Positions 11,942 to 21,261 of a stretch of 64,000 nucleotides of DNA are shown one piece after another (the stretch's first letter is position 1; each line of letters begins with the position of its first letter). The notes under the pieces are model-generated. The model was given only the letters and a program-made list of their open reading frames with translations, had not been told where the DNA came from and did no database searches. The stretch is from Phycisphaerae bacterium. GTDB lineage: Bacteria > Planctomycetota > Phycisphaerae > UBA1845 > Fen-1342. Both the position numbers and the translations under genes were made by a program. The stretch covers positions 1-64,000 of the forward strand of contig CAXXWX010000027.1 in assembly GCA_963675745.2 (NCBI GenBank), in the 5' to 3' direction.

Positions 11942-12160
11942 TGAAAGCAATCCTCGCAGCCCGCTGAGGACTTGACGTAGCGGTCGGCCCGCGAGCCGGA
12001 CATCGGCTTCTGGTCGCAATTGCCGTGGAACGGCCGACTCGGGGGTCGGCCGCTACGTTCGCAACGGGCTGCCACAAACTGCTGCGATGTGCTGTTGCTG
12101 CGGCCCGCGCGATCTGATGCGCGCCGCGGAGAATACCTGCTGAGAGAATGGAGCTCCTGA

Positions 12161-12595
12161 ATGACAACTCGAGTGAAACGCCGTGGTTGCTGGCGTGTTC
12201 TGGCGGTTATTGTGGGCATGCTGTTAGCCGGATGTGGCACGGGATATACGCCGCCACCACCTAGCTGCAAAGCCCTTGAGCAGACACTGATCGGCACCTG
12301 GGTGGGAGTTCCGCCCATTGAAGGGCTGCCCGCCGAGAAGATCACGCTGAGTGCCAACTATGTTTATAGCTCTACATATGAAGGGACCTCTGCAACCGTG
12401 GTGGGTATGTGGGGTCTTGGTTATGCTCCCGATAACAGCTATTGCGACATACTGTTTGTCGGTGACAGCAACGGTGTAATCCACACTACTTACTCGCTTC
12501 GGATGGATGGCGACTACATGGTCCTTGACAGTTGGGGGTCAGGGGAGACCTATTACTACCGGGAAGGGACACCACCTCCCCCTTCGGCGGAGTGA
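12161..12595 (+). CDS. Small lipoprotein of unknown function
   Basis: VLAVIVGMLLAG-C lipobox; LIGTW motif; visibly more AT-rich than its neighbours. Confidence 0.7.
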   Translation: MTTRVKRRGCWRVLAVIVGMLLAGCGTGYTPPPPSCKALEQTLIGTWVGVPPIEGLPAEKITLSANYVYSSTYEGTSATVVGMWGLGYAPDNSYCDILFVGDSNGVIHTTYSLRMDGDYMVLDSWGSGETYYYREGTPPPPSAE

Positions 12596-12656
12596 GTATA
12601 TCAAGGAAGCTGACACCGTCCGCGACGTTGTCAGGTCTCACAGCGGAGAAGACGAC

Positions 12657-14348
12657 ATGATGACACGAGTCGTGCGTGTGACTGTGTTCGGAACATGGCT
12701 GACGACGATTGTGCTGCTGGCTTCGACGGCTACGGCGGGCACAATCTACGTCGATGACGATGCTCCGTCTGATCCCGGTCACGGCGATCCGACGGTCAGC
12801 GACCCGGCCGAAAACGGGACCGCGGCCCACCCGTTTGACGCGATTCAGGAAGCCATCGACGCCGCCGGCGCCGGTGACATCGTCGAACTTGCCGACGGCA
12901 CGTACGCCGGCGCCGGCAACCGGGACCTCGACTTCGCCGGCAAGGCGTTCACGGTGCGCAGCGCCTCCGGCGATGCCGCGGTGTGCACGATCAACTGCGA
13001 GGGTGCAGGGCGTGGACTCGTCTTTGACGACGCCGAGGGGCCGGACTCGAAGATTGAGGGGCTGACCATCACGGGTGGACATGGTTACGGTGGAGGCGTC
13101 TACTGCGGCGGAGCCAGTCCAACGCTGATAAACTGCGTCATCAGAGGCAATGTGGCGGACTACAACGGCGGCGGCATCGTCTGCGCCGACGGTGGCCACC
13201 CGACGCTGACGGAGTGCACCATCAGCGACAATCGCGCGGATGGCGGCGGCGCGGGCGTCTACTGTTACCTCAGCAGCAATCCCACACTGCTGGCGTGTAC
13301 GATCACCGGCAACACCGGGTACAGCGGCGTTGGCGTCGCCTGCTACGAGAGCGGCCCGACATTGACAGGCTGCGTGATCAGCGCAAATCGTGCGAGCAAC
13401 AGCGGCGCTGGCATCAGCTGCCGGGAAGACAGCAATCTCACCTTGATCGGCTGCACGATTGTCGACAATGTGGCCGACAATGACGGCGGTGGGATTAGGT
13501 GCACCAACAGCAGCCCGTTGATCTTGCGCTGCAGAATAGAAGCCAACACAGCGGCCGGCACCTGGCAAGCCGGTATTGGCGGCGGAGTCTGTTGTGAGGA
13601 CGGCAGCAAGCCGACGATCGTCAACTGCACGATCTGCAACAACACGATCGCCAGTAGAACCGAGGCGGGCGAAGGTGGCGGCATTGGATGCCACGACAGC
13701 GGCCCGACACTCATCAATTGCACGATCAGTGGGAACACGGCAGATGTCGGCGGCGGTCTGTACTGCGTGGACGGCGTGCCAACGCTGACCAACTGCATCC
13801 TCTGGGGCGACGTGCCACAGGAAATCCATGCTCCTTCAGGCGTCGATATGGCCTACTGTGACATTCAGGGCATCCATGCCAACGGCATTATCGATGCCGA
13901 TCCGCGGTTCATCGATGCGGACGGCGCCGACAACGATCCCAACACCTGGGAGGACAACGATTTCCGCCTGAGCGCCGGTTCGCCCACCATCGACGCCGGC
14001 GACAACGCTGCCGTTCCGACCGACACGCAGGATCTCGACGGCGACGGTGACACCACCGAGGCGACGCCGGTGGACCTTGGCGGCAATGCGCGCTTCTTCG
14101 ACGACGCGAGCGCTCCAGACACAGGCGCCGGCGGTCCGCCGCTGGTGGACATGGGCGCCTACGAGTACGCCCCGGGAGCGAGTGGAGGACCCACGCCGGG
14201 AAGTGACGGCGCGCCCGGGATCGTACCCGCTGCAACACCCGCCATCGGCGCGTGTCCGCTGGCGAGCAGCCTGGCCTTGACACTGGCGCTTGTTGGGCTC
14301 GGCCGATCTTATCGACAGCGCGCTGGCGTACAGTGCAGGTCGGCGTAA
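12657..14348 (+). CDS. Secreted right-handed parallel beta-helix (pectin-lyase fold) protein with a C-terminal Cys-TM-basic tail
   Basis: Signal peptide; TIYVDDDA, PFDAIQEAIDAA, repeated GGGxxC..SPTLxNCxIxxN; DFRLSAGSPTIDAG, VDMGAYEY; tail GACPLASSLALTLALVGLGRSYRQR. Confidence 0.9.
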   Translation: MMTRVVRVTVFGTWLTTIVLLASTATAGTIYVDDDAPSDPGHGDPTVSDPAENGTAAHPFDAIQEAIDAAGAGDIVELADGTYAGAGNRDLDFAGKAFTVRSASGDAAVCTINCEGAGRGLVFDDAEGPDSKIEGLTITGGHGYGGGVYCGGASPTLINCVIRGNVADYNGGGIVCADGGHPTLTECTISDNRADGGGAGVYCYLSSNPTLLACTITGNTGYSGVGVACYESGPTLTGCVISANRASNSGAGISCREDSNLTLIGCTIVDNVADNDGGGIRCTNSSPLILRCRIEANTAAGTWQAGIGGGVCCEDGSKPTIVNCTICNNTIASRTEAGEGGGIGCHDSGPTLINCTISGNTADVGGGLYCVDGVPTLTNCILWGDVPQEIHAPSGVDMAYCDIQGIHANGIIDADPRFIDADGADNDPNTWEDNDFRLSAGSPTIDAGDNAAVPTDTQDLDGDGDTTEATPVDLGGNARFFDDASAPDTGAGGPPLVDMGAYEYAPGASGGPTPGSDGAPGIVPAATPAIGACPLASSLALTLALVGLGRSYRQRAGVQCRSA

Positions 14349-14479
14349 CAGCGGTCGCCGACGTGTGTCGCCCAACGACGCGCGCCACTTGGGGGGGGCG
14401 ACGACATGGGCGGTGAGAGCACAAACCAGGATCGCCGTGCAGACGGTCCGGCAGGCGAAGCAACGCGTGAGACAGGCAG

Positions 14480-14968
14480 TCATCCGGCGCGGAAGAAGCG
14501 GCTTTTGTCACTGGCGTCACGGACCGGCTGGTCGCTGACCTGGATGCGGGTACGGGCCGACGGGGTCATGCCGAACTCCTGCTCCAGCCGGGTGAGCTGC
14601 TGGGCCAGTTTGTTGGCGATCGCCACCTGCGGCCACTGCTGGAAGCACTTCACGCGGCCGTTCTCGTCGCGCAGCGGATACATCTCGCCCTTCTCTTCGA
14701 TGAACATTTCAGCCTTCCGCCAGCGTGACCAGAACCGGCAGTAGCGCGCCAGCGCGTTGCCGTCGACGCGGGTGAGCACTCCCATCTGCTCCAGCAGCGG
14801 GACAACCTGACGCCAGGCCGCCTTCGCGTCCGCGTCGAGCCACTGCGGACATCTTGGCTTGCCCGCCGGGCCCTTCGCTTCGGTCAGCTCACGGCGTTTG
14901 GTGGCCAGCGGGCTACCACGCGCCCGCAAGATCGGTGTCGGTGTTGGAGCCGGACCCCGGCGTCCCAT
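14480..14968 (-). CDS. Phage terminase small subunit, P27 family
   Basis: MGRRGPAPTPT, CPQWLDADAKAAW, LTRVDGNALARYC, EFGMTPSARTRI; GAGGA RBS. Confidence 0.9.
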   Translation of the reverse strand: MGRRGPAPTPTPILRARGSPLATKRRELTEAKGPAGKPRCPQWLDADAKAAWRQVVPLLEQMGVLTRVDGNALARYCRFWSRWRKAEMFIEEKGEMYPLRDENGRVKCFQQWPQVAIANKLAQQLTRLEQEFGMTPSARTRIQVSDQPVRDASDKSRFFRAG

Positions 14969-15007
14969 GACCTATCCTCGCGCTACTCCGGCGGGTACGT
15001 CGGCAGC

Positions 15008-15105
15008 ACCTACCCCCCCATATCAAAACCGTCGTGTGAGTGTGCGTCGCTACGCAATTGGTCCACACGGTGACCTCGTAGATAACTGACCGGCCTACCC
15101 GGCCT
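15008..15105 (-). other. Candidate cos/packaging-site region upstream of the small terminase
   Basis: Minus strand reads GGGTAGGCCGGTCAGTTATCTACG...GGACC...GGTTTTGATATGGGGGGGTAG. This G-rich bracketed stretch lies between an HNH-like relic and terS, where HNH/P27-TerS phages carry cos. Judged by resemblance only. Confidence 0.45.
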
Positions 15106-15119
15106 TGGTGGTTCCACGC

Positions 15120-15262
15120 GCGACGTAGGCCGTGCCCCCGCCTCAGCGCCGCGCTCGACTGGTAGCACGCGCATGACACCCGGTAATTGGGCTGTCCATC
15201 GGTCGGCACGCGGGTGGTCGGTACAGCATCGGTGTCTCTCCGTCACGCCGGTCGTGGCCATG
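15120..15262 (-). pseudogene. Possible decayed HNH endonuclease
   Basis: Fragments in two frames, GVTERHRCCTDH and PNYRVSCACYQS, resemble the DH...N....CxxCH pattern; position just upstream of cos/terS fits. Confidence 0.3.
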
Positions 15263-15532
15263 CTAGCATGATGTTCCGCGTGGCGTTCCAGCATCTGGAA
15301 CGACCGGCGGACAATCATCACATTCCAGCAGGACGCGGAAGCGATACCCGCAGCATGGGTCGGCACAGCGCACCCACCACAGGGCGCTACCGTCGCCCTG
15401 GTCCGCCAGCGAGCGGTACTTGTGTAGCCGCACGCCGCCGCAGGCCGGGCAGCGTGGGCGCTGTACGACCACCGTCTCCAGCCGACGGCGTCCGGCCAAA
15501 CGCTGCACGTGATGGTCCGCGTCCCCAGGCAC
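15263..15532 (-). CDS. Small zinc-ribbon protein, phage-associated
   Basis: RCPACGG...VRCADPCCGYRF; TTG start after GGAGG; true stop uncertain. Confidence 0.55.
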   Translation of the reverse strand: MPGDADHHVQRLAGRRRLETVVVQRPRCPACGGVRLHKYRSLADQGDGSALWWVRCADPCCGYRFRVLLECDDCPPVVPDAGTPRGTSC

Positions 15533-15787
15533 CTACGCCACCTCCGCGTCTGGATACGCCTGTCGCGGCCACAGGGCCGCCCTGTGGCGTTTCCCGGGCC
15601 GGCCGGGACCACCTACACGGAGCGGCGCGAACGAGAGCGCTCTCTGGGCATGTTCGCGACCGACTCGGACCTTGCGCCGAGAGATGCAAGAATATCTCGA
15701 CATTCTCGCCAGATCAACTTGCTTTCCCGCGAAAACGAGGGACTCATGTGTCTGTACGCATGGCGCGTACGAAACGGAGATGAGAAC

Positions 15788-16129
15788 ATGACGGCCAACA
15801 AGAACAACGCGAAGCCCGACGCCAGCGCGATCCTCGACACGCTGCGGATAACGAAGATCAAGCCCCGCCAGAGCTGCGGCGGATCCTGGGTGCTCGGCAC
15901 GATCGCCGGCCACAAGTTCGAAGCGCTGGTCTTCCCCGAGCACGCCGATTCGCCCGACTTCGAGCTGGGCGACAGCCGCATCTCGAAGCTCTGGGTCCGG
16001 CGGATCGAGGACAACGCGACGGTGGTGAACTTCGACCGTGGCTGGGACGTCCTGCCGGCGACACCTCGCGCCGCCACGATCGTCGACCTGTTGCAGGCCG
16101 GGCTGGCCGAGCACGTCTTTGGCAACTAA
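15788..16129 (+). CDS. Hypothetical protein typical of mobile elements
   Basis: GGAGA RBS; WVLGTIAGHKFEALVF, SRISKLW, NFDRGWD motifs; GC-rich third codon positions. Confidence 0.75.
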   Translation: MTANKNNAKPDASAILDTLRITKIKPRQSCGGSWVLGTIAGHKFEALVFPEHADSPDFELGDSRISKLWVRRIEDNATVVNFDRGWDVLPATPRAATIVDLLQAGLAEHVFGN

Positions 16130-16144
16130 CGCGGAGGAGCACCG

Positions 16145-16369
16145 ATGAACATCGAGCTCAAAGCGATCGAGTTCCCAACGGCCCACGAGGCCATTCAGTG
16201 GACGTACGCCAGCGGCGAGGGCGAAGCGATCACTCTCCGCGGGAAGCGCTACGTTGCCGCGCGGGCCGAGATCGACCGCCTGGCCGCCGCGGGCGTTGCG
16301 TTCGCGTACCTGTGTGACCACGAAATGACGGACGGCACGCACCGCATCATCACGGTCCCCGTCAACTAA
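16145..16369 (+). CDS. Hypothetical protein
   Basis: Strong GGAGGAG RBS, typical codon usage, in an operon with its neighbours. Confidence 0.7.
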   Translation: MNIELKAIEFPTAHEAIQWTYASGEGEAITLRGKRYVAARAEIDRLAAAGVAFAYLCDHEMTDGTHRIITVPVN

Positions 16370-16384
16370 CCGAAGGAGAGCACC

Positions 16385-16636
16385 ATGCCAGCCGCAGAGG
16401 CTGAGAAAACACCGCCGATTGTCGAGCACGCCACGACGCAGAGCATCGCTGGCGAGTGCACTGCCGCGACCACACCGGCGCGCGCCGACGAGTTCGAAGC
16501 CGGGAACGAGGCCGTCGACCCGGATGTATGCGCGACGTTCGGTTGCAGATCGCCCGGCGGCGCTGACGTACCTGGGCCGCCCGCGGTGCCAGGAGTGTTA
16601 CGAGGACGACGTCGCCGATGGCGACGAGACTGTTGA
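16385..16636 (+). CDS. Hypothetical protein; frame uncertain (a C..C pattern continues in a neighbouring frame)
   Basis: AAGGAG RBS then ATG; VCATFGC in this frame and RPRCQECYE in the overlapping frame suggest a frameshift. Confidence 0.4.
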   Translation: MPAAEAEKTPPIVEHATTQSIAGECTAATTPARADEFEAGNEAVDPDVCATFGCRSPGGADVPGPPAVPGVLRGRRRRWRRDC

Positions 16637-16661
16637 AACCCCCAACCACGAGGAGACTGAA

Positions 16662-17020
16662 ATGGCAAAGTCGAAGAAGTCGGCGCGGAAGAGTGCGAAG
16701 AAGGTGACCACGACACGCAAGGCCCCGAAGCAGCAGCCAAAGGCGACGAAGTCGAAGGTCGCCAAGCCCGCGAGCGAGGCCGAGCCGAAGCGCGTCAGCG
16801 CCTTGGACGCCGCCGCCGAGGTCCTCCGCAAGGCCGGCAAGCCGATGCGGGCCAAGGAGCTGATCGCCGCCATGGCCGAGCAGGGTCTGTGGCAGAGTCC
16901 GGCAGGCAAGACGCCGCACGCAACGCTGTACGCCGCGATCCTGCGGGAGATGAAGGCAAGAAGGGCGACGCGGCCCGATTCCGCAAGGGTGAGCGCGGGC
17001 AGTTCACGTACGCGGGGTAG
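16662..17020 (+). CDS. Lys-rich N-terminus plus HARE-type winged-HTH protein; one-base frameshift near 16958
   Basis: GAGGAG RBS; SALDAAAEVL, LWQSPAGKTPHATLYAAILRE; the shifted frame continues KGDAARFRKGERGQFTYAG-stop at 17020. Confidence 0.8.
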
Positions 17021-17050
17021 GTCACCACTGCACAAGGCGATCTCATGTCC

Positions 17051-17083
17051 AACACCTCGGCCGAAGACGCCGGGGTGTTGCTT
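17051..17083 (+). terminator. Hairpin, probable terminator after the HTH gene
   Basis: aacacctcggc-cgaagac-gccggggtgtt, 11-bp stem with one G-U pair; weak U tail. Confidence 0.55.
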
Positions 17084-17114
17084 CGGCCGGTTGGCCCCGT
17101 GGCCCCACCCCCGG

Positions 17115-17171
17115 TTGACAAACGGTCGTTTCTTAGCGAGACTCTCTACGAAACGGTCGCTTCGTAGCGAG
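17115..17171 (+). promoter_or_regulatory. Sigma70-type promoter of fic with two 21-bp direct repeats (operator-like)
   Basis: TTGACA-17 nt-GAGACT; repeats aaacggtcgtttcttagcgag (17120-17140) and aaacggtcgcttcgtagcgag (17151-17171). Confidence 0.7.
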
Positions 17172-17200
17172 CGGCCCAAGGAAAGGACTGTTTTCCAGCC

Positions 17201-18358
17201 ATGCCACGCCAGACCGGCCGTTATCGGGTCACGAACGCTCACGGGGAGCAGGTCCGCGCCTTCATCCCGTACCCGCTCCCACCTGCCAAGCCGCGCTTGG
17301 TGGTCGAAGGGAAGAGCGCCGAGTTGCATGCCGCCGCGCAGACCGCGCTCGCCCGGCTCGGCGTCGCCGCTGCGCTGGTCCCCAGTACAGATTGGTTCCT
17401 GTACGGCTTCGTGCGAAAGGAGGCCGTACTTACCTCGCAGATCGAGGGAACACAGGCAACGCTGCGTGACGTGCTGACGTATGAAGCAACGCAGCAGTCG
17501 GAGCGGCCGGACGACGTCGAAGAAGTCTGCAACTACATCGAAGCGCTGACCTACGCGCGCAAACAACTCGCCAATCCGAAAGGCCTGGCACTCAGCATGC
17601 GTCTGCTGTGCAACGCGCATCGGCGGCTGTTGCGCGGGGCGCGCGGTGCCGACAAGCAGCCGGGCAAGATCCGTCGCTCGCAGAACTGGATCGGCGGCAC
17701 CCGGCCCGGCGATGCGCGCTTCGTCCCGCCGCCGCCAACGGAAGTACCCGACGCCCTGGCCGCACTGGAGCGCTGGCTGCACAGCGACGATCCGCTGCCA
17801 CCGCTGGTGAAGGCCGGCCTGGCGCACGTGCAGTTCGAGACGATCCACCCGTTTCTCGATGGCAACGGTCGCATCGGGCGTCTGCTGATCGCGCTGCTGG
17901 TCGAGCACTGGGGTCTGCTTGATCAACCGCTGCTGTACCTCAGTGTCGCTTTTCGTCGCCGGCAACAGGAGTACTACACCCGCCTGGCCGCCGTCCGCGC
18001 TGACGGCGACTGGGAAGGCTGGACGGCGTTCTTCCTCGACTGTGTACGTGAGGCCGCCACCGATGGCGTACGCGTCGCCCAGGCGCTGCACACGCTGCTC
18101 GGCCGCGACCGCGGGCGGCTGGTCGGTCACCGGCGCGCGACGATCGCTGCCATCCAGTTGCTCGACCGGCTGCCGAAGCACCCGGTGCTGACCGTGCCGC
18201 GCGCGGCCGAGGTGCTCAACATGACAGCACCCCCGACCCGCAAGGCGATCGAGTTGCTCGAGCGCCTCGGCGTGCTGCGCGAGACGACCGGCAAGCAGCG
18301 TGACCGGATCTATGCGTACCACGAGTACCTCCACATTCTCACGGGCGACGAAGCCTGA
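17201..18358 (+). CDS. fic: Fic family protein (AMPylase) with an N-terminal inhibitory motif and C-terminal wHTH
   Basis: Canonical HPFLDGNGRIGR; EAVLTSQIEG (S/T-xxx-E-G inhibitory helix); RSQNWIGG. Confidence 0.95.
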   Translation: MPRQTGRYRVTNAHGEQVRAFIPYPLPPAKPRLVVEGKSAELHAAAQTALARLGVAAALVPSTDWFLYGFVRKEAVLTSQIEGTQATLRDVLTYEATQQSERPDDVEEVCNYIEALTYARKQLANPKGLALSMRLLCNAHRRLLRGARGADKQPGKIRRSQNWIGGTRPGDARFVPPPPTEVPDALAALERWLHSDDPLPPLVKAGLAHVQFETIHPFLDGNGRIGRLLIALLVEHWGLLDQPLLYLSVAFRRRQQEYYTRLAAVRADGDWEGWTAFFLDCVREAATDGVRVAQALHTLLGRDRGRLVGHRRATIAAIQLLDRLPKHPVLTVPRAAEVLNMTAPPTRKAIELLERLGVLRETTGKQRDRIYAYHEYLHILTGDEA

Positions 18359-19708
18359 CTACGCTGGCGCGCTCGCTGCTGGCGTCTGACGCTCCGCCTT
18401 CCGCCCTGTGAACTGCTCCCAGCGCTGGACGATCACGTCGCAGTACAGCGTGTCGAGTTCCATCAGGTACGCATGCCGACCGGTCTGCTCCGCCGCGATC
18501 AGCGTCGAGCCCGATCCGCCGAACAGGTCGAGCACGCTCTCGCCAGCACGCGACGAATACTGGATCGCGCGCACCGCGAGCTCGACGGGCTTCTCGGTCA
18601 AATGCACCATGCTCTGCGGGTTGATCTTCTTGATGCTCCAGACGTCGGGCACGTTGTTCGGGCCGAGGTATACGTGCGCGGCGCCTTCGCGCCAGCCGTA
18701 GAAGCACCACTCGTGGTCGCCCATGAAGTCCTTCCGTGTCAAGACGGGGTGCTGCTTGTGCCAGATGATGGCCTGCGAGAAGTAGAGCCCGCTGGCCTTC
18801 AGCACCGGCGGGTAGTTCGCGACATTCGCGTAGCCACCCCAGATGTAGAAGCCGCGCCCGGGCGCGAGCACACGGGCGATATTGCCGAACCACGCCACCA
18901 GCAGTCAGGTCGAATTCGTCGTCCGTGACGAAGTCGTTCGCCAGGGGCCGGTCCTTGGCCCGCATCTTGCGGTGTGTCGCCCGTCGCCTTCTCAGCGATG
19001 CCGAGCCAGATCGAGGCCCTGATGATGCCTGAGCTGTCCCCTCACGTCGCGCATCCGGGGCCTGAAATGACGACAGCCCTGCCGCGATCGCATTGTTGCT
19101 CCGCGGCTCGACCTTTACGTTGTAGGGCGGATCAGAGTTGACCAGGTGGACGGGTTGGCCGTCGAGCAGTCGATCGACGTCGGCGGCGTTGCCGGAGTCG
19201 CCGCAGAGCAGCCGATGCTCACCGAGGATCCAGAGGTCACCTGGCTGGGTAATGGCCTCATCCGGCGGCTCGGGAATATCATCCGGATCGGTCAGTCCAT
19301 CCTTCACCTCGCCGCCGAGCAGCTTGCAGAGCTCGTCGTCGTCGAACCCGAGCAGCGACAGGTCGATATCCATGCTCTTCAGTTCGCCAAGTTCGATGGC
19401 CAGCAGCTCCAGGTTCCAACCAGCAAGATCTGCCGTCTTGTTGTCCGCGATTCGATACGCGCGGGCTTGTTCGTGCGTCAGATCAGTCGCCACGTGGACG
19501 GGCACTTCCTTCAAGCCGAGCTTCAGCGCAGCTTTCCAGCGCTTGTGTGGCCGACCACGATCATTCCGGCCTTGTCGACGACGATCGGTTGCCGGAACCC
19601 GAACTCCCGGATTGAAGCCGCGACGGCGTCCACAGCGTCATCGTTCAGCCGCGGGTTCTGCCCGTATGGCTTGATCTCAGCCAGTGGCCGAAGTTCAACA
19701 TTCAGCAT
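18359..19708 (-). CDS. ParB-N-domain DNA N4/N6-methyltransferase of phage type; frameshifts near 19545 and 18900
   Basis: NPRLND, SIREFGFRQPIVVD, AYRIADNK, GDLWILGEHRLLCGDS, SDPPYNV, HLTEKPVEL, VLDLFGGSGSTLIAAE, spread across three frames. Confidence 0.9.
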
Positions 19709-20616
19709 TATTCAGACCTCCCTGTCTTAGCCTTGCCGAACAGGCTGGCGTGCGTGAGAATTTCCTCGTTCATGAGCAGAGGGCACCCAATGCCGGATCC
19801 GAGACCAGGGCGGCTCACTCCCAAACAGGTGATGTGCGGGCTGCGCATCGCGTGGCCAACGATAATCGGTGATAGACGGCCAATCGCGGCCGACATGCGC
19901 ATCGATGAACATCTGAAGGCGTGTGGGGTGTGGGATGAGATCGACCTGGCGGATGTCGGGTATGCCCTTGATCGCTTCTTCAACACCCGAGTCCCCACGT
20001 TGCGCGCGTGGAAACGCGACTCGTTCGACCAGTGGGCTGATTTCTTCGGCGCGGAGTCGTGCTGCCAGAGTGCCGCGGATTGGGAGACTCGATTCGCTCC
20101 GCGTGTCACTTTTGGGGCGCTCGCACAGTTCATCTCGCGGCGCGCAGACGCCATAGTGATCGAACCTGCCATGGTTCTCGGAAGACCGTGCGCTGCAGCG
20201 GGCGCCTTCCGGACAATCCAGCGCGTGATCGAAACGCTGAGGCCCGCCACGCCACGTTTTGCACCGAGTGCGCCGGTCTTGAGCGTCATTCGGGGGCGCT
20301 CTCTCCGCGTTGCGTGGGAGACACTTCGTTGGATGTCCGAGGACCGGCTTCCCTCGCTCCACCGAATGTGGACGGATCGGCTGCGGGATCTCGTGGGCGG
20401 CGGCTGGGCATTTCTCGCAGCTATTGCCGCGATCCTCGGTGTTCCGCTACTGCCGCTCATGAGCGACCTGCCATGGGGCGCGCCGACTCTCATCACTGTC
20501 AGCGTGACTGTCGGGCTGTGGGTGGCAATTGCCTTCACGATCCAGTTCGTCGAGTCGCGATGCGACCCGCTTCCAGCTGGTCTCGACGACTTCCGATCCG
20601 TGGCGCGGGCGATGGT
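19684..20616 (+). repeat. Copy 1 of a ~0.93 kb direct duplication (copy 2 at 21305-22241)
   Basis: Colinear and highly similar from gtggccgaagttcaac to gcgcgggcgatggt. Confidence 0.95.
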
Positions 20617-20653
20617 TCTGCCTGACGCCACGGCCACTCCACCAGGCAAATGA
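19790..20653 (+). CDS. Hypothetical membrane protein with an acyl-carrier-protein-like N-terminal domain (copy 1)
   Basis: DEIDLADVGYALDRFF...TFGALAQFI resembles ACP helices; two C-terminal TM helices; promoter TTGCCG-17 nt-GAGAAT at 19733-19761. Confidence 0.7.
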   Translation: MPDPRPGRLTPKQVMCGLRIAWPTIIGDRRPIAADMRIDEHLKACGVWDEIDLADVGYALDRFFNTRVPTLRAWKRDSFDQWADFFGAESCCQSAADWETRFAPRVTFGALAQFISRRADAIVIEPAMVLGRPCAAAGAFRTIQRVIETLRPATPRFAPSAPVLSVIRGRSLRVAWETLRWMSEDRLPSLHRMWTDRLRDLVGGGWAFLAAIAAILGVPLLPLMSDLPWGAPTLITVSVTVGLWVAIAFTIQFVESRCDPLPAGLDDFRSVARAMVLPDATATPPGK

Positions 20654-21210
20654 AACCCGGGAATACCGTGCGGCCGTTCCGCCCGGAGGTTGGCCGGATT
20701 CTGGCGATGCAGGCCCCGTGCCGACCTGTTGTCGGCCTCGGAGTACCCCCGCAGGGTATAACGGCTTACTTCACTCGAAGCGGTGCGCCACTCGACACGT
20801 GCTTTTGGCACTTTTGTCAGTGCCCGTGTTAGGGGTACCGCTGAAGCTAGGTGATGCGGACGCGCCGTTGTGCTCGCACGCAATGCCGCGGACAAATGGT
20901 GTGGGAGGCTCATACACTGAGTCTGCACGCATCCACCGGAAGGACAAGAGGTATTTTCCAGTTTTTCTACGATATCAAGATATGTCAGTGACAGGGCATG
21001 TCTGGCGTAGACAGCAGTCCCCGGTCAATCTTCGATTCTCACGCACCGGCTGCTGCTCCCGGAAGCGCTGGCTGCATCGGGGCCGGAACGCCTGCCCAAT
21101 GCGGCCAGTGACTATCTCTGAGCTTGTCGCAAGGGCGGAAGGTGTGGTGCAAGGTTAACCGGTTGGTGGCGCAACTATCGCTGATTGCGCGAGTTAGAAC
21201 TCAGTGCCCG

Positions 21211-21256
21211 CACGTTGCCAACGTGAATGTCGTGGGTTCGAATCTCATCACCCGCT
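21211..21256 (+). tRNA. 3' half of tRNA-Gly(GCC): a fragment and probable att site, not a complete tRNA
   Basis: Anticodon arm CACG-TTGCCAA-CGTG, variable loop, T arm GTGGG-TTCGAAT-CTCAT, acceptor strand CACCCGC-T; no proper D arm or 5' acceptor strand upstream. Confidence 0.85.
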
Positions 21257-21261
21257 CGTTT

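Noticed and set aside
20810..21210. Repeated tcagtgcccg/cagtgac words as integrase arm-binding sites
   Set aside because: Only 7-10 bp with irregular spacing; could arise by chance in GC-rich DNA
21189..21256. A complete tRNA-Gly
   Set aside because: The 5' part is too short, has no D arm and pairs poorly with the acceptor strand; only the 3' half is tRNA-like
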